Positions 52,195 to 61,226 of a stretch of DNA of 64,000 nucleotides are shown one piece after another. Origin of the DNA: Actinobacteria bacterium HGW-Actinobacteria-7. Its GTDB lineage: Bacteria > Actinomycetota > Coriobacteriia > Anaerosomatales > PHET01. A program made the position numbers and the translations under genes. Under the pieces are notes generated by a model, which did not search any database, had not been told where the DNA came from, and worked only from the letters and a program-made list of their open reading frames with translations. Numbering within the stretch: position 1 is the first letter of the stretch; every line of letters begins with the position of its first letter. The DNA lies in contig PHET01000002.1 of assembly GCA_002841275.1 (NCBI GenBank), positions 19,181-83,180 of the forward strand. Direction: 5' to 3'.

Positions 52195-52767
52195 TCAGCG
52201 CTCCCCCTCGGACTGCGCACGCCATGCGGCGCGGGCGTCCGCGTACAGGTCTGCGCCTTGAGTATCGATAGCCACGAACACAGGCAGGCCCTCCAGCTGC
52301 ATGCGAACCAGCGCCTCGGTGCCCAGCTCGGGCCAGGCCACGACCTCTGATCCAGCGACGAACGTCGCCAGGAGCGCTGCGGCGCCACCTACCGCCGCGA
52401 AGTACACGCTGCCGGTGCGGACACAGGCCTCACGCACCTCGGCGGATCTCAAGCCCTTACCTATCGTCGCAACGATACCGGCCTCAAGGAGCAGCGGAGT
52501 GGTCCCGTCCATCCGTTTGGCGGTTGTGGGGCCTACGGCCCCCGCAGGCCGACCGGCAGCCGGAGGTGTGGGTCCTGCATAGAACAGCGTCTGCCCCTCA
52601 AGCCCGAATGGAAGACGATCGTCACGCTCGAGCGATTCAGCCAGCTTGGCGTGAGTCGCGTCTCGGGCGGTGAACACCGGCCCGTACAGACGCACTTCGT
52701 CACCCACCCGGAGTCCCGCAAGTACCTCGCGACTCACCGGGAGATCGATCCTCGTCGGGCTAGACAT
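52195..52767 (-). CDS. Fe-S hydro-lyase (class I fumarase/tartrate dehydratase) beta subunit
   Basis: TARDATH, YAGP, GPTTAKRM, GKG, ELGTEA. Confidence 0.92.
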   Translation of the reverse strand: MSSPTRIDLPVSREVLAGLRVGDEVRLYGPVFTARDATHAKLAESLERDDRLPFGLEGQTLFYAGPTPPAAGRPAGAVGPTTAKRMDGTTPLLLEAGIVATIGKGLRSAEVREACVRTGSVYFAAVGGAAALLATFVAGSEVVAWPELGTEALVRMQLEGLPVFVAIDTQGADLYADARAAWRAQSEGER

Positions 52768-54247
52768 CGGACACCTGCTCAGTGGTAGCCGGCTCGTCGT
52801 CTGGGCACGGCTCGCAACGCCGCCACTGTAGGGTGCGGAAGCCATATACGGCCGCTCCGACAACGATCAGGGCCGAAAGCTGCAACGTGATACGCGGCCC
52901 GGTGAGCACCATGTTGGCGGGCACCAGCCCGTTTCTCTCGGCGAACCGCATCACGAAACCGCCCAGCAGGTCGTTGAGCGGCGCTGTCACTATCATCGAG
53001 AGCAGCAAGGCGACCCGGATCACGCTCTCCAGCGCGGTGAACACCCGACCGCGGAGCTCATCTGCCGTGGTGCGTACGACGTAGCTGTTTCCCGCCACCG
53101 TCAACGTTGCGATGCACGCCCCGGCGCCTATCGCGAACAGTCCGGCCACGCCGTAGAGCTCCACGCTCGCGAACCCGAACATCGACGCACCGAACGCTGC
53201 CACGCTGCCCGCGAAGAGCAGCTGCAGGCGGATTCGCCGTTCAAGACGCGGGACCAGCAGCGCGCCCACGAACATGCCCAGCGCCATGAAGACGAGCATG
53301 AACGTCTGTGGTGAACCTGACAGCTGCTTGAGCCACACCACTCGGTCGGAGAAGGGAATACCTCCCACCAGCGACGTCACGTAGTCCAGTCCGACAGGGA
53401 TGATCGCCCCTCCACCAAGAATCGCGAAGAAGATCGTGATGAGCAGTCCTCTGAGTTCCTTGTGATCGCGCAAGAAGCGGAAGGAATCCAGCGCGTCTCT
53501 GCCCAGAAGCGAAAGATCGAACCTGCCGACCGGTCTGTGACTCTTGGCGGTCACTCGGATGCTCGTGACGACGGAAGCCGAGACCAGGAAGGTGATCGCG
53601 TCGAGGAAGAAGCCCGCTCGAGGCCCGAGCAGCGCTGGCGACAGCAGGCCCACGAAGTAGGCGACCACCGGCAGATGTGCGGCCGTGACCACGCGGACAA
53701 CAGCTTCGAAACTCGCGAGGATCGCGCCGGAAGCCGTCAGGCCGATGAGCATCGAGGCTTGCTGGGTCGTGTACATCGCACCGTTGGCAGCGGTCACATC
53801 AGCTTCGTCCACCAGATACGGTATGAGTGAATTGCGAGCGGGCCAGAAGAACAAAGATGCCGTTTCCATCAGCAGGACCACGGTGTAGATGACCACGAGT
53901 GAGTTTGAACCTAGAAGCAGCAGGACCAGGAAGAAGCGCACCAGGTCCGCGGTGATCATCACGCGTCGGCGGTCGAACCGATCTACCAGAACCCCCGTTA
54001 CCGATGACAGCACCAAGGCCGGGATGATCTTGGCGATCAAGATGCCGGCAACCGCGAACGAAGAACCGCCCGATAGAGAAGTCACCAAGGGAATCAGTAG
54101 GCCGATGACCAGCCAGTCGCCTATCCCGGACACCAGCTGCGCCGACCACAACCTGCGAAAGCGCGGGTCGCTCATCAATCGGCCGTAGGCACCCTTGGCG
54201 CGATCCTCGAGCGGCTCGTCAATCACGACTGCATCCGGAGATGTCAT
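52760..54247 (-). CDS. MFS transporter
   Basis: FRRLWSAQLVSGIGDW, motif A GVLVDRFDRRRVM, LRGRVF; about 12 TMs. Confidence 0.9.
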   Translation of the reverse strand: MTSPDAVVIDEPLEDRAKGAYGRLMSDPRFRRLWSAQLVSGIGDWLVIGLLIPLVTSLSGGSSFAVAGILIAKIIPALVLSSVTGVLVDRFDRRRVMITADLVRFFLVLLLLGSNSLVVIYTVVLLMETASLFFWPARNSLIPYLVDEADVTAANGAMYTTQQASMLIGLTASGAILASFEAVVRVVTAAHLPVVAYFVGLLSPALLGPRAGFFLDAITFLVSASVVTSIRVTAKSHRPVGRFDLSLLGRDALDSFRFLRDHKELRGLLITIFFAILGGGAIIPVGLDYVTSLVGGIPFSDRVVWLKQLSGSPQTFMLVFMALGMFVGALLVPRLERRIRLQLLFAGSVAAFGASMFGFASVELYGVAGLFAIGAGACIATLTVAGNSYVVRTTADELRGRVFTALESVIRVALLLSMIVTAPLNDLLGGFVMRFAERNGLVPANMVLTGPRITLQLSALIVVGAAVYGFRTLQWRRCEPCPDDEPATTEQVSDV

Positions 54248-55086
54248 GAACCGACCTCGATCGTCACGGACCTCACTGCACAACAGCCCAGGTTGACTGC
54301 CACCGGTAGCGCGGCGATATGACAGGGTGCGGTCAACACCTGGACGCCGATCGCGGTCATGTCCCCACCGAGCCCTGCCGGCCCGATACCTGTGGCGTTT
54401 ACCGCCGAGAGAAGCTCAGCCTCGAAGGCCGCGAGCTTGGGGTCGGCCGACGGCTCGTCAAGCCTGCGCAGCAGTGCCCGCTTGGCGAGACCCGCCACCT
54501 TGTCGAATGTCGCGCCCACTCCGACCCCGATGAGCAAGGGTGGACACGCACCCGTTGCCCGGGCCTCAACGGCCTCCAGAACGACCCGCCGGACCCCCTC
54601 GATGCCAGCGTCGGGCGCAAGCATCTCAACACGGCTCGCGTTGTCGCTTCCGCCGCCCTTCAGCATCACATGCACGGTAGCTCCGGTGCCCGGCCGCCAC
54701 GCGATGTCGACGAACGCAGGTGTGTTGTCTCCGGTATTCGAGCGATCGAACAGTGCGTCGTTCACAAGCGACATGCGCAGATGAGCATCGTGGTACGCCT
54801 GAGCGACGGCGACGTTCACCTCAGCGACCACGTCACCGCACAGACATTCCTCGGCACCTAGCTCAACACGCACCCACACCGTTCCGGTGTCCTGACAGAC
54901 AGGGACTGAATCCGCTTGGGCGATGTCCGCATTCTCGAGAAGCTGCTCCAGCACCGCCTGACCCCGAGGCGAACGCTCAGTCGTGACGGCCGAGCGCAGC
55001 ACGGCCCTGACGTCCTCGCGAAGGCCGCACGCGGCACGTGGAACTGCGTCCAAGACTGCGGCGGCGATTGCGGAGGCCTGAAGCAC
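54244..55086 (-). CDS. Fe-S hydro-lyase (class I fumarase/tartrate dehydratase) alpha subunit
   Basis: CQDTG, NTGDNTP, KGGGSDN, ACPP, GIGPAGLGG, CHIAALPVAVN.GC. Confidence 0.93.
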   Translation of the reverse strand: MLQASAIAAAVLDAVPRAACGLREDVRAVLRSAVTTERSPRGQAVLEQLLENADIAQADSVPVCQDTGTVWVRVELGAEECLCGDVVAEVNVAVAQAYHDAHLRMSLVNDALFDRSNTGDNTPAFVDIAWRPGTGATVHVMLKGGGSDNASRVEMLAPDAGIEGVRRVVLEAVEARATGACPPLLIGVGVGATFDKVAGLAKRALLRRLDEPSADPKLAAFEAELLSAVNATGIGPAGLGGDMTAIGVQVLTAPCHIAALPVAVNLGCCAVRSVTIEVGS

Positions 55087-55087
55087 C

Positions 55088-56023
55088 CTAGCCCCGCAGG
55101 CCGAGCGAGTCTACGGCCTGCGCCACAGTCTGCGCAGACGCCTGCAGTGCGTCGAGTTCGTCATCATCGAGCGGCATGACGGGAATGTCCTCCACTCCCC
55201 CGCGGCCAAGCCGGGCGGGGACACTGAGGTAGACGTCCTCGATTCCATACTGGCCGTCCAGGTAGACGCAGCTGGGGTGTGTGTCGCCGGTATCTCCGAT
55301 GATCGAACGCACCATGGCGACGATGCTCCCCGCGGGTGCGTAGAACGCCGAACCGGTCTTGAGCAAGGCCACGACCTCGGCACCACCGAAGATCGTGCGC
55401 TCGACGAGCGCCTCGACATCCGACTGATCAAGCAGCTGCGTGATCGGCACACCGTTTACCGTGCTGAATCGCGGCATCGGCACCATCGCATCACCGTGGG
55501 CGCCCATCGCAAGGGCTTCGATCTCCGAGATGGGCGCACCGGTCTTGCTCGCAATCGCATAGGCGAACCGCGCAGAGTCCAGTACGCCGCCCATGCCGAT
55601 CACTCTCTGGCTGGGAAGCCCGGACTCCTTCCAGGCAAGGTAGGTCATGATGTCGAGCGGATTTGTGACGCACACGAACACAGCGTCCGGCGAGGCCTGT
55701 GACGCCTGTGCGATCACGCTGCGCATGATGGCGCTGTTGGCCGCCAGCAGGTCATCGCGTGTCATACCGGGCTTGCGAGGCAACCCCGCGGTGATCACGA
55801 CGACGTCAGACCCAGCGGTGTCGGCGTAGTCGTTGGTGCCGACGATGGTCGGCTCGAAACGCTCTATCGAGCGGAGGTGCATGAGATCGAGGGCCTTGCC
55901 CTGTGGCAACCCTTCCGCGACATCGATCATGACGACGTCAGCGACATCGTGCAGCAGAAGTAGCTGAGCCGCAGTGGCTCCCACCTGTCCTGCGCCGACC
56001 ACAGTCACTTTTGGATAGCCCAT
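55088..56023 (-). CDS. mdh: Malate dehydrogenase (LDH-like)
   Basis: GAGQVG, GKALD, TAGLPRKPGMTRDDL (Arg specifies malate), NPLD, LDSAR, HGD. Confidence 0.93.
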   Translation of the reverse strand: MGYPKVTVVGAGQVGATAAQLLLLHDVADVVMIDVAEGLPQGKALDLMHLRSIERFEPTIVGTNDYADTAGSDVVVITAGLPRKPGMTRDDLLAANSAIMRSVIAQASQASPDAVFVCVTNPLDIMTYLAWKESGLPSQRVIGMGGVLDSARFAYAIASKTGAPISEIEALAMGAHGDAMVPMPRFSTVNGVPITQLLDQSDVEALVERTIFGGAEVVALLKTGSAFYAPAGSIVAMVRSIIGDTGDTHPSCVYLDGQYGIEDVYLSVPARLGRGGVEDIPVMPLDDDELDALQASAQTVAQAVDSLGLRG

Positions 56024-56115
56024 CGAACCCCTCTCGGTAACGGATGCGAACGGCGCGCCGCATCGGGCGCGCACCACTCGGATTCTACCATGCGATCAGA
56101 GGCCCAAACCCGAGC

Positions 56116-56829
56116 TCAGTCGGTCGGGCTGCCTTCCGTCAGGTCAGCGGGGTAGTCTACCGGCGCACGCTCGCCATGATGTGCCGCATACCGTTGTTTA
56201 AGTATCGTGGGCAGCTCGGGGAGCGCATCTCGGGGCTCAGGCTGGGCCAGTGGAATCACAACGTCGGCAACCAGCACATCCTCCTCACCGACAGCCTCGG
56301 CGAGTACCTTCCCACACGAGATTATCGCACTGCCACCGTGCCCCGGTTGCCCGGGATCACCTCCGGCAGCCTCGGCAACAAGCACCAGCCCCGCCAGCGA
56401 GTCCGACAGTGCGATGGCCAGCTCCAGGAACGCCTCCGCCTGAAGCTCGCTCTCTGCGCGAGGAATGAGCACAGCGAGATCCGGAGCCGCCGCAGCCAGA
56501 TTCTCGAGTTCAGTTACGTCGAGGACGGCATCTCCGACCAGCAGGGCCATAGTGCCCAGATCCTCCAAGCCATCCGGCGCTGCAGCGAGTCCGGCGAACC
56601 CCTCGGCGTCGGGTGCCAGCTGAGGTATCAGCCGTTGCCCGGCCACACCGCCCAGCTGTAGGAAGAGCATGCCACGATCCGGGTTGTCGTCGCCGTGTAG
56701 CGACGGCACTTCGGGAAAGACCACGAACTCCGCACCGGAGGCCGCAGCTGACTCAGCCGCGGCCATGAGTGCTGCCGCATCTTCCCCAGCCACGCCTCTG
56801 AGGCGGTGTTGAACGACCGCAATCTTCAC
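56116..56829 (-). CDS. Divergent carbon-nitrogen hydrolase (nitrilase-fold) protein
   Basis: MKIAVVQ start, GAEFVVFPE, GGSAII..GKVLAEA..EEDVLVADV; catalytic Lys/Cys not recognisable. Confidence 0.7.
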   Translation of the reverse strand: MKIAVVQHRLRGVAGEDAAALMAAAESAAASGAEFVVFPEVPSLHGDDNPDRGMLFLQLGGVAGQRLIPQLAPDAEGFAGLAAAPDGLEDLGTMALLVGDAVLDVTELENLAAAAPDLAVLIPRAESELQAEAFLELAIALSDSLAGLVLVAEAAGGDPGQPGHGGSAIISCGKVLAEAVGEEDVLVADVVIPLAQPEPRDALPELPTILKQRYAAHHGERAPVDYPADLTEGSPTD

Positions 56830-56898
56830 TATCTTCGCTCCCTGCGCGCGCCGTGACGTGTGTGACAGTTCATGCCCGCCTGGGTGGTGCGACTCACA

Positions 56899-59445
56899 CT
56901 ATTCGGCGGCAGGCTTCTTCTTGGCCGCCGGCTTCTTGGTCGCACGCTTCGCGGCGGGCTTCTTCTTGGCCGCCGGCTTGCGCTTGGCCGCCTCGGCAGC
57001 TTCCTTCTTCTTGGCCTGTTCGGCCTTACCCGGACAGTCCGGGTCGATGCAGATCCTCCACGGCCCGCGTCCCGTCTGTACCACCACGACTGGCGCGCTG
57101 CACGACTCACAGGTCTCGCCGGTGGGTTCGATGGCGCCGCGCTGCGGCAACGGGTAGCTGACCCCGCAAATGTCGTAGTTCGTACAGCGAACGAAACGCT
57201 TGAGCGTGCGCGGTGAGCGCAAGACCTTAAGGTTCCCTTCGCGTCCCTCCTCGGCGCACTTCGAGCACGTGCCGATGATGACCTCAGGCTCGTAGTTCGT
57301 CGCGCAGTTGGGATCCAAACACATCACGCGCGGCTTCGTGCGGAATGCGATGACCCTGACTTGCGGCGTACCGCATTCGGGGCATGCTTCGGGGACCGCT
57401 TCGATCTTGCCCTGCGGCAGAGGGTAGGTGACGTCGCACTCTGGCCAGCCCGAGCAGCCCACGAACTGACCGCGGGTCTTGGCCGAGCTCTTCACCAGCA
57501 GGTCGTGGCCTGACTTCTTGCACACGCCCACCTTCGCGTCAGCAGCGGTCGCCTCCTTCAGGGTCTCGCCAAGCTCAGCGGCCTTGGGGATCAGCTCGTC
57601 CATGATTCTTCCCAGAAGCTCACGCGAGTGCCCGACGACTGTCTCTCGCGTAGTGCGCCCGTTGGCGATCTCGTCCATCTCCGCTTCAAGCTCGGCGGTC
57701 ATGTTGGGCGTGGTGATGCGCGGCGCGAATGCCGAAAGCGCGTCGATGACCGCGCGGCCCAAGCAGGTGGGCTCAACCGGGTCGTTCTCGGCGTAGCGGA
57801 CCTCGATGAGGCGCTCGATGATGGCGTGACGCGTCGCCTTGGTGCCCAGCCCGCGCTTCTCCATCTCCTGGATCAGCTTGCCCTGACTGAAACGGGCGGG
57901 CGGCTCGGTCTGCTTCTCGAACAGCTCAGCACCCAGAAAACCAACCGTATCGCCTTCGTGAACGGGCGGCAGCTGTTCGTCCTTCTTGAGCCCATAGGGA
58001 TAGATCGCACGGAACCCGGGGACCACCAGGATGTCACCCTTGGCTACGAACGGCTCACCGGCAACATCGATGGTGACCTTGGTGCCCTCGATAGTCGCGG
58101 GACCGGACAGTGTCGCCATGAACCGCCGAGCCACCAGGTTGTAAAGTTTCCACTCCTCGGGCTTCATCTTGTCGGTGTCGCCCGCACCAGTGGGATGTAT
58201 CGGCGGGTGGTCCGTGGTCTCCTTGGCGCCCCTCGTGGGCGTGAGCTTGCCTGCCGAGCGGATAGACTTCGCGACCTCACGGTAGACCGGTACCTCTGCC
58301 AGCGTGTCGATGATCGCACCCAGATCGAGCGATGCGGGATAGACGGTGTTGTCGACTCTCGGATAGCTGATGAGCCCGTTCATGTACAAGGACTCTGCGA
58401 TGCGCATCGTACGGCCGGGAGAGAGGCCCTCAGCGGCCGCAGCGGCCTGTAGCGCGGTCGTATTGAACGGGGTGGGCGGCTTGACCTGACGGCGCTTCTT
58501 CTCGGCGGCCGATACCACGCCGCTGGTCGCACCCGAGACGGCGGCCATGACGGCCTTGGCCGTGGCCTCGTCGCTGAAGCGATCTGTCGCGTGACCCGCG
58601 CTGAACTCCGCCTCATCGCCGTGAGAACCCTGTGTACGGAAGCCCGCTTTGACCTGCCAGTAGGTCTCGGGTACGAATGCCTCGCGCTCCTGCTCGCGCT
58701 CCACGATCAGAGCCAGCGTCGGAGTCTGCACACGGCCAGCACTCTTCACGTTCCCGAAGCCGGAGTACTTGGCCATCGTAAGGAAGCGCGTGAGTACCGC
58801 TCCCCAGATCAGGTCGATGTCCTGGCGCGACTCCCCTGCCTGGGCGAGGTGGTCATCAACCTCGGTGAGTTCCGAGAAGGCCCGCTCGATCTCATCGCGC
58901 GTGATCGCCGAGAACCGCGCCCGCTGCACAGGTGCGGTCTTGTTCGCTGCTCGAACGATTCCGCGAGCGTCACTTCCGATAAGCTCGCCCTCGCGGTCGA
59001 AGTCGGTGGCGATCACGATCTCGTCGGCCTTCTTGGCGAGGCTCTTGAGTGCACGGATGAGTTCCCGCTCGGCGGGGACCTTGCCCACCGGCGCCCACAC
59101 AAGATAGGGCAGCGAGGCGAGCTTCCAGGTCTTCAGGTCGACGCCGTCAACGGTGAACGGCTTCTTCTTGGGCCACGGGGGCACCGGCAGGGAGGGAGGA
59201 ATCGCAGCCTTGGTCGCTGCTTCCTCTTCCCATGCAGCCTTCCACGCGCCGTCGAAGACGAGCTGTTGGGGGAAGTCCACCCCAAGGATGTGGCCCTTCA
59301 GACCAACCGACACCCAGTCCTCGCCGTCACGGCGAAACGTGTAGATGGGCGTGTTGTAGACCTTGTCGGTCTTGGGCTTTCCCACGGCCAGGATCTCAGC
59401 GAGCTTCTTGGCCGCGATGTTCTTCTCTGTGACAACAAGCTTCAA
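56899..59445 (-). CDS. topA: Type IA DNA topoisomerase I with C4 zinc ribbons and Lys/Ala-rich tail
   Basis: TEK TOPRIM, ATDFDREGE, SAGRVQTPTL, ISYPR (catalytic Tyr), GLGTKATR, C-terminal CxxC ribbons. Confidence 0.95.
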   Translation of the reverse strand: MKLVVTEKNIAAKKLAEILAVGKPKTDKVYNTPIYTFRRDGEDWVSVGLKGHILGVDFPQQLVFDGAWKAAWEEEAATKAAIPPSLPVPPWPKKKPFTVDGVDLKTWKLASLPYLVWAPVGKVPAERELIRALKSLAKKADEIVIATDFDREGELIGSDARGIVRAANKTAPVQRARFSAITRDEIERAFSELTEVDDHLAQAGESRQDIDLIWGAVLTRFLTMAKYSGFGNVKSAGRVQTPTLALIVEREQEREAFVPETYWQVKAGFRTQGSHGDEAEFSAGHATDRFSDEATAKAVMAAVSGATSGVVSAAEKKRRQVKPPTPFNTTALQAAAAAEGLSPGRTMRIAESLYMNGLISYPRVDNTVYPASLDLGAIIDTLAEVPVYREVAKSIRSAGKLTPTRGAKETTDHPPIHPTGAGDTDKMKPEEWKLYNLVARRFMATLSGPATIEGTKVTIDVAGEPFVAKGDILVVPGFRAIYPYGLKKDEQLPPVHEGDTVGFLGAELFEKQTEPPARFSQGKLIQEMEKRGLGTKATRHAIIERLIEVRYAENDPVEPTCLGRAVIDALSAFAPRITTPNMTAELEAEMDEIANGRTTRETVVGHSRELLGRIMDELIPKAAELGETLKEATAADAKVGVCKKSGHDLLVKSSAKTRGQFVGCSGWPECDVTYPLPQGKIEAVPEACPECGTPQVRVIAFRTKPRVMCLDPNCATNYEPEVIIGTCSKCAEEGREGNLKVLRSPRTLKRFVRCTNYDICGVSYPLPQRGAIEPTGETCESCSAPVVVVQTGRGPWRICIDPDCPGKAEQAKKKEAAEAAKRKPAAKKKPAAKRATKKPAAKKKPAAE

Positions 59446-59580
59446 GGGAGCGCCTCCAGGGCAGCACGGAAGTTTTGCAGCCGAGTATACACACGCCCGT
59501 CAAGCCCGGAAGCAACAAGGCTCGGTAAGACCGTGCTCTCGGCCCTGTCAGAACAGCCTGCGAACAGGTCGGATGCGGCG

Positions 59581-60135
59581 CTAGAAGCCGATCTCCGAAG
59601 CACGGGCCTGCATCGCTTCGAGTGCGATGGTGAGGAACTCCTCGCGTTCGAGCCCCAGCGCCTCATGCCCCGCCATCTGATCACGGTTGGCGCCCTTGGC
59701 GAACGCGCCTTCCTTCCACCGCTTCTTGAGGCTTTTGACTGCCACCCCGGAAAGGTCCTTCTCGGGACGAACGAGTGCTGCGGCCACGATGAAACCGGTT
59801 GTGGGGTCCGCACACCACAACGCATGATCCATGACGCTCTCGCGCGGCGCGTGGCCGGCGTGAGCGAGGATGGCGTGCACCATCTCGGCATCAACGACGT
59901 CTGCGAGCAGCTCAGCGCTCACCTTGCCGTGACGCTCGGGCGACTCTGCCGTCTCGGCGTAGTCCAGATCGTGGAGCAGACCCGCGAGCGCCCAGCGCTC
60001 CCGGTCTTGCGCCGAGAGGCCCAACCGCTCGGCCAGCGCACTCATGATGATCTCGACCGCAACACAGTGCGACACGAGATTGGTCTGCGGGATGCGCTCG
60101 GTCACCAGTGCGTAGGCTTCGTCGCGTGAGATCAT
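59581..60135 (-). CDS. HD/HDIG-domain metal-dependent phosphohydrolase
   Basis: SHC, GLLHDLDY, HG, ILAH, ALVRP, FAKGANR. Confidence 0.88.
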   Translation of the reverse strand: MISRDEAYALVTERIPQTNLVSHCVAVEIIMSALAERLGLSAQDRERWALAGLLHDLDYAETAESPERHGKVSAELLADVVDAEMVHAILAHAGHAPRESVMDHALWCADPTTGFIVAAALVRPEKDLSGVAVKSLKKRWKEGAFAKGANRDQMAGHEALGLEREEFLTIALEAMQARASEIGF

Positions 60136-60812
60136 TTCGGGGACTTCCCGGCAGCGATCCGGACGGTCTCGATGCGCTCCGCCAGCCACTCGGCCCAGGC
60201 GCCGACGCCGTCGCCCTTGGTCGCGGCGATGTGGAAGATCGGCGACTGCGGGTTGAGAGAACGGACCACACCTTCGAACTCCTCGACGTCGAAGTCGAAA
60301 ACCGAGAGGGTGTCGACCTTGTTGAGGATGACCGCCTCTGAGATCTGGAAGATTGCAGGGTACTTGTAGGGTTTGTCATGGCCTTCAGGGACCGAGAGGA
60401 TCATGACCTTGGCGTGCTCGCCCAGATAGAACTCCGTGGGACACACCAGGTTGCCCACGTTCTCGATGATGATCAGATCGAGCGCATCGAGATCGAGCGC
60501 CGCCACGGCCCGGCCGATCATGTCGGACTCAAGGTGACAGGCCCCGCCCGTGTTGATCTGGACCGCGGGGATACCGTGGGCTTTGACCTTCTCGGCATCG
60601 ACCTTGCTCGCGATGTCACCTTCAATGACCGCAATACCGTAGCGATCCCTCAGCGCCGCGATCGTTGCCAGGATCGTGGAGGTCTTCCCGGCTCCCGGTG
60701 AGGCCATGAGGTCGAGGACGAACACGCCCTTCTCGTCGAAACGCTCACGATTGGCCGCCGCCAGCTTCTCGTTCAGATCTAGGATCGGCTTCGAAACGTC
60801 GATGGTCGCCAT
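60132..60812 (-). CDS. hypB: Hydrogenase nickel-incorporation GTPase HypB
   Basis: SPGAGKT, EGD, GGACHL, ENVGNLVCP, DKPYKYP, NKVD. Confidence 0.96.
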   Translation of the reverse strand: MATIDVSKPILDLNEKLAAANRERFDEKGVFVLDLMASPGAGKTSTILATIAALRDRYGIAVIEGDIASKVDAEKVKAHGIPAVQINTGGACHLESDMIGRAVAALDLDALDLIIIENVGNLVCPTEFYLGEHAKVMILSVPEGHDKPYKYPAIFQISEAVILNKVDTLSVFDFDVEEFEGVVRSLNPQSPIFHIAATKGDGVGAWAEWLAERIETVRIAAGKSPK

Positions 60813-60815
60813 GCG

Positions 60816-61202
60816 CTACTCCTGAGCTGTCTCTGGAGACGGAACGTCATCCTCGACGTCGTCCTCGGTCTCGATGGAATCAATCTGAAGCTCGCGTCCC
60901 TGCAGCAGCGACACGTCGAAGCCGTCGCAGCGTGGACACACCATCTGGAAGCGGTCGTGCTCGTAGTCTTCACCGCACGCATTGCAGTGAGAGCGGGCGC
61001 TCACATGGTTCACGGTCAGGGTGGCTCCCTCGGCCAGTGTTCCCGGCGTCAGCGCCTCGAACGCGAACTGCAGCGCGAAGTCCACGACCTCTGTCAGCTC
61101 GCCAACGCTGATGCGGATATCGATGATCCGCTTCGCGCCAGCGGCCTCAGCCGCCTCGAACGAGGCATCCAGAATCCCTTGCGTGATACCCATCTCGTGC
61201 AC
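60816..61202 (-). CDS. hypA: Hydrogenase maturation Ni metallochaperone HypA
   Basis: GTG start yields N-terminal MHE Ni motif; CNAC...CPRC zinc site; GREL. Confidence 0.95.
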   Translation of the reverse strand: MHEMGITQGILDASFEAAEAAGAKRIIDIRISVGELTEVVDFALQFAFEALTPGTLAEGATLTVNHVSARSHCNACGEDYEHDRFQMVCPRCDGFDVSLLQGRELQIDSIETEDDVEDDVPSPETAQE

Positions 61203-61226
61203 GGATTGCCCTTCTGCCACGCGCGA

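Noticed and set aside
58591-60129. Long plus-strand ORFs (512 aa here; also 6202-7302, 16198-17394, 35092-36207, 39194-40387, 50718-51707 and others)
   Set aside because: They lie antisense to well-supported genes, have no recognisable motifs, and are the expected shadow ORFs of high-GC codon usage.
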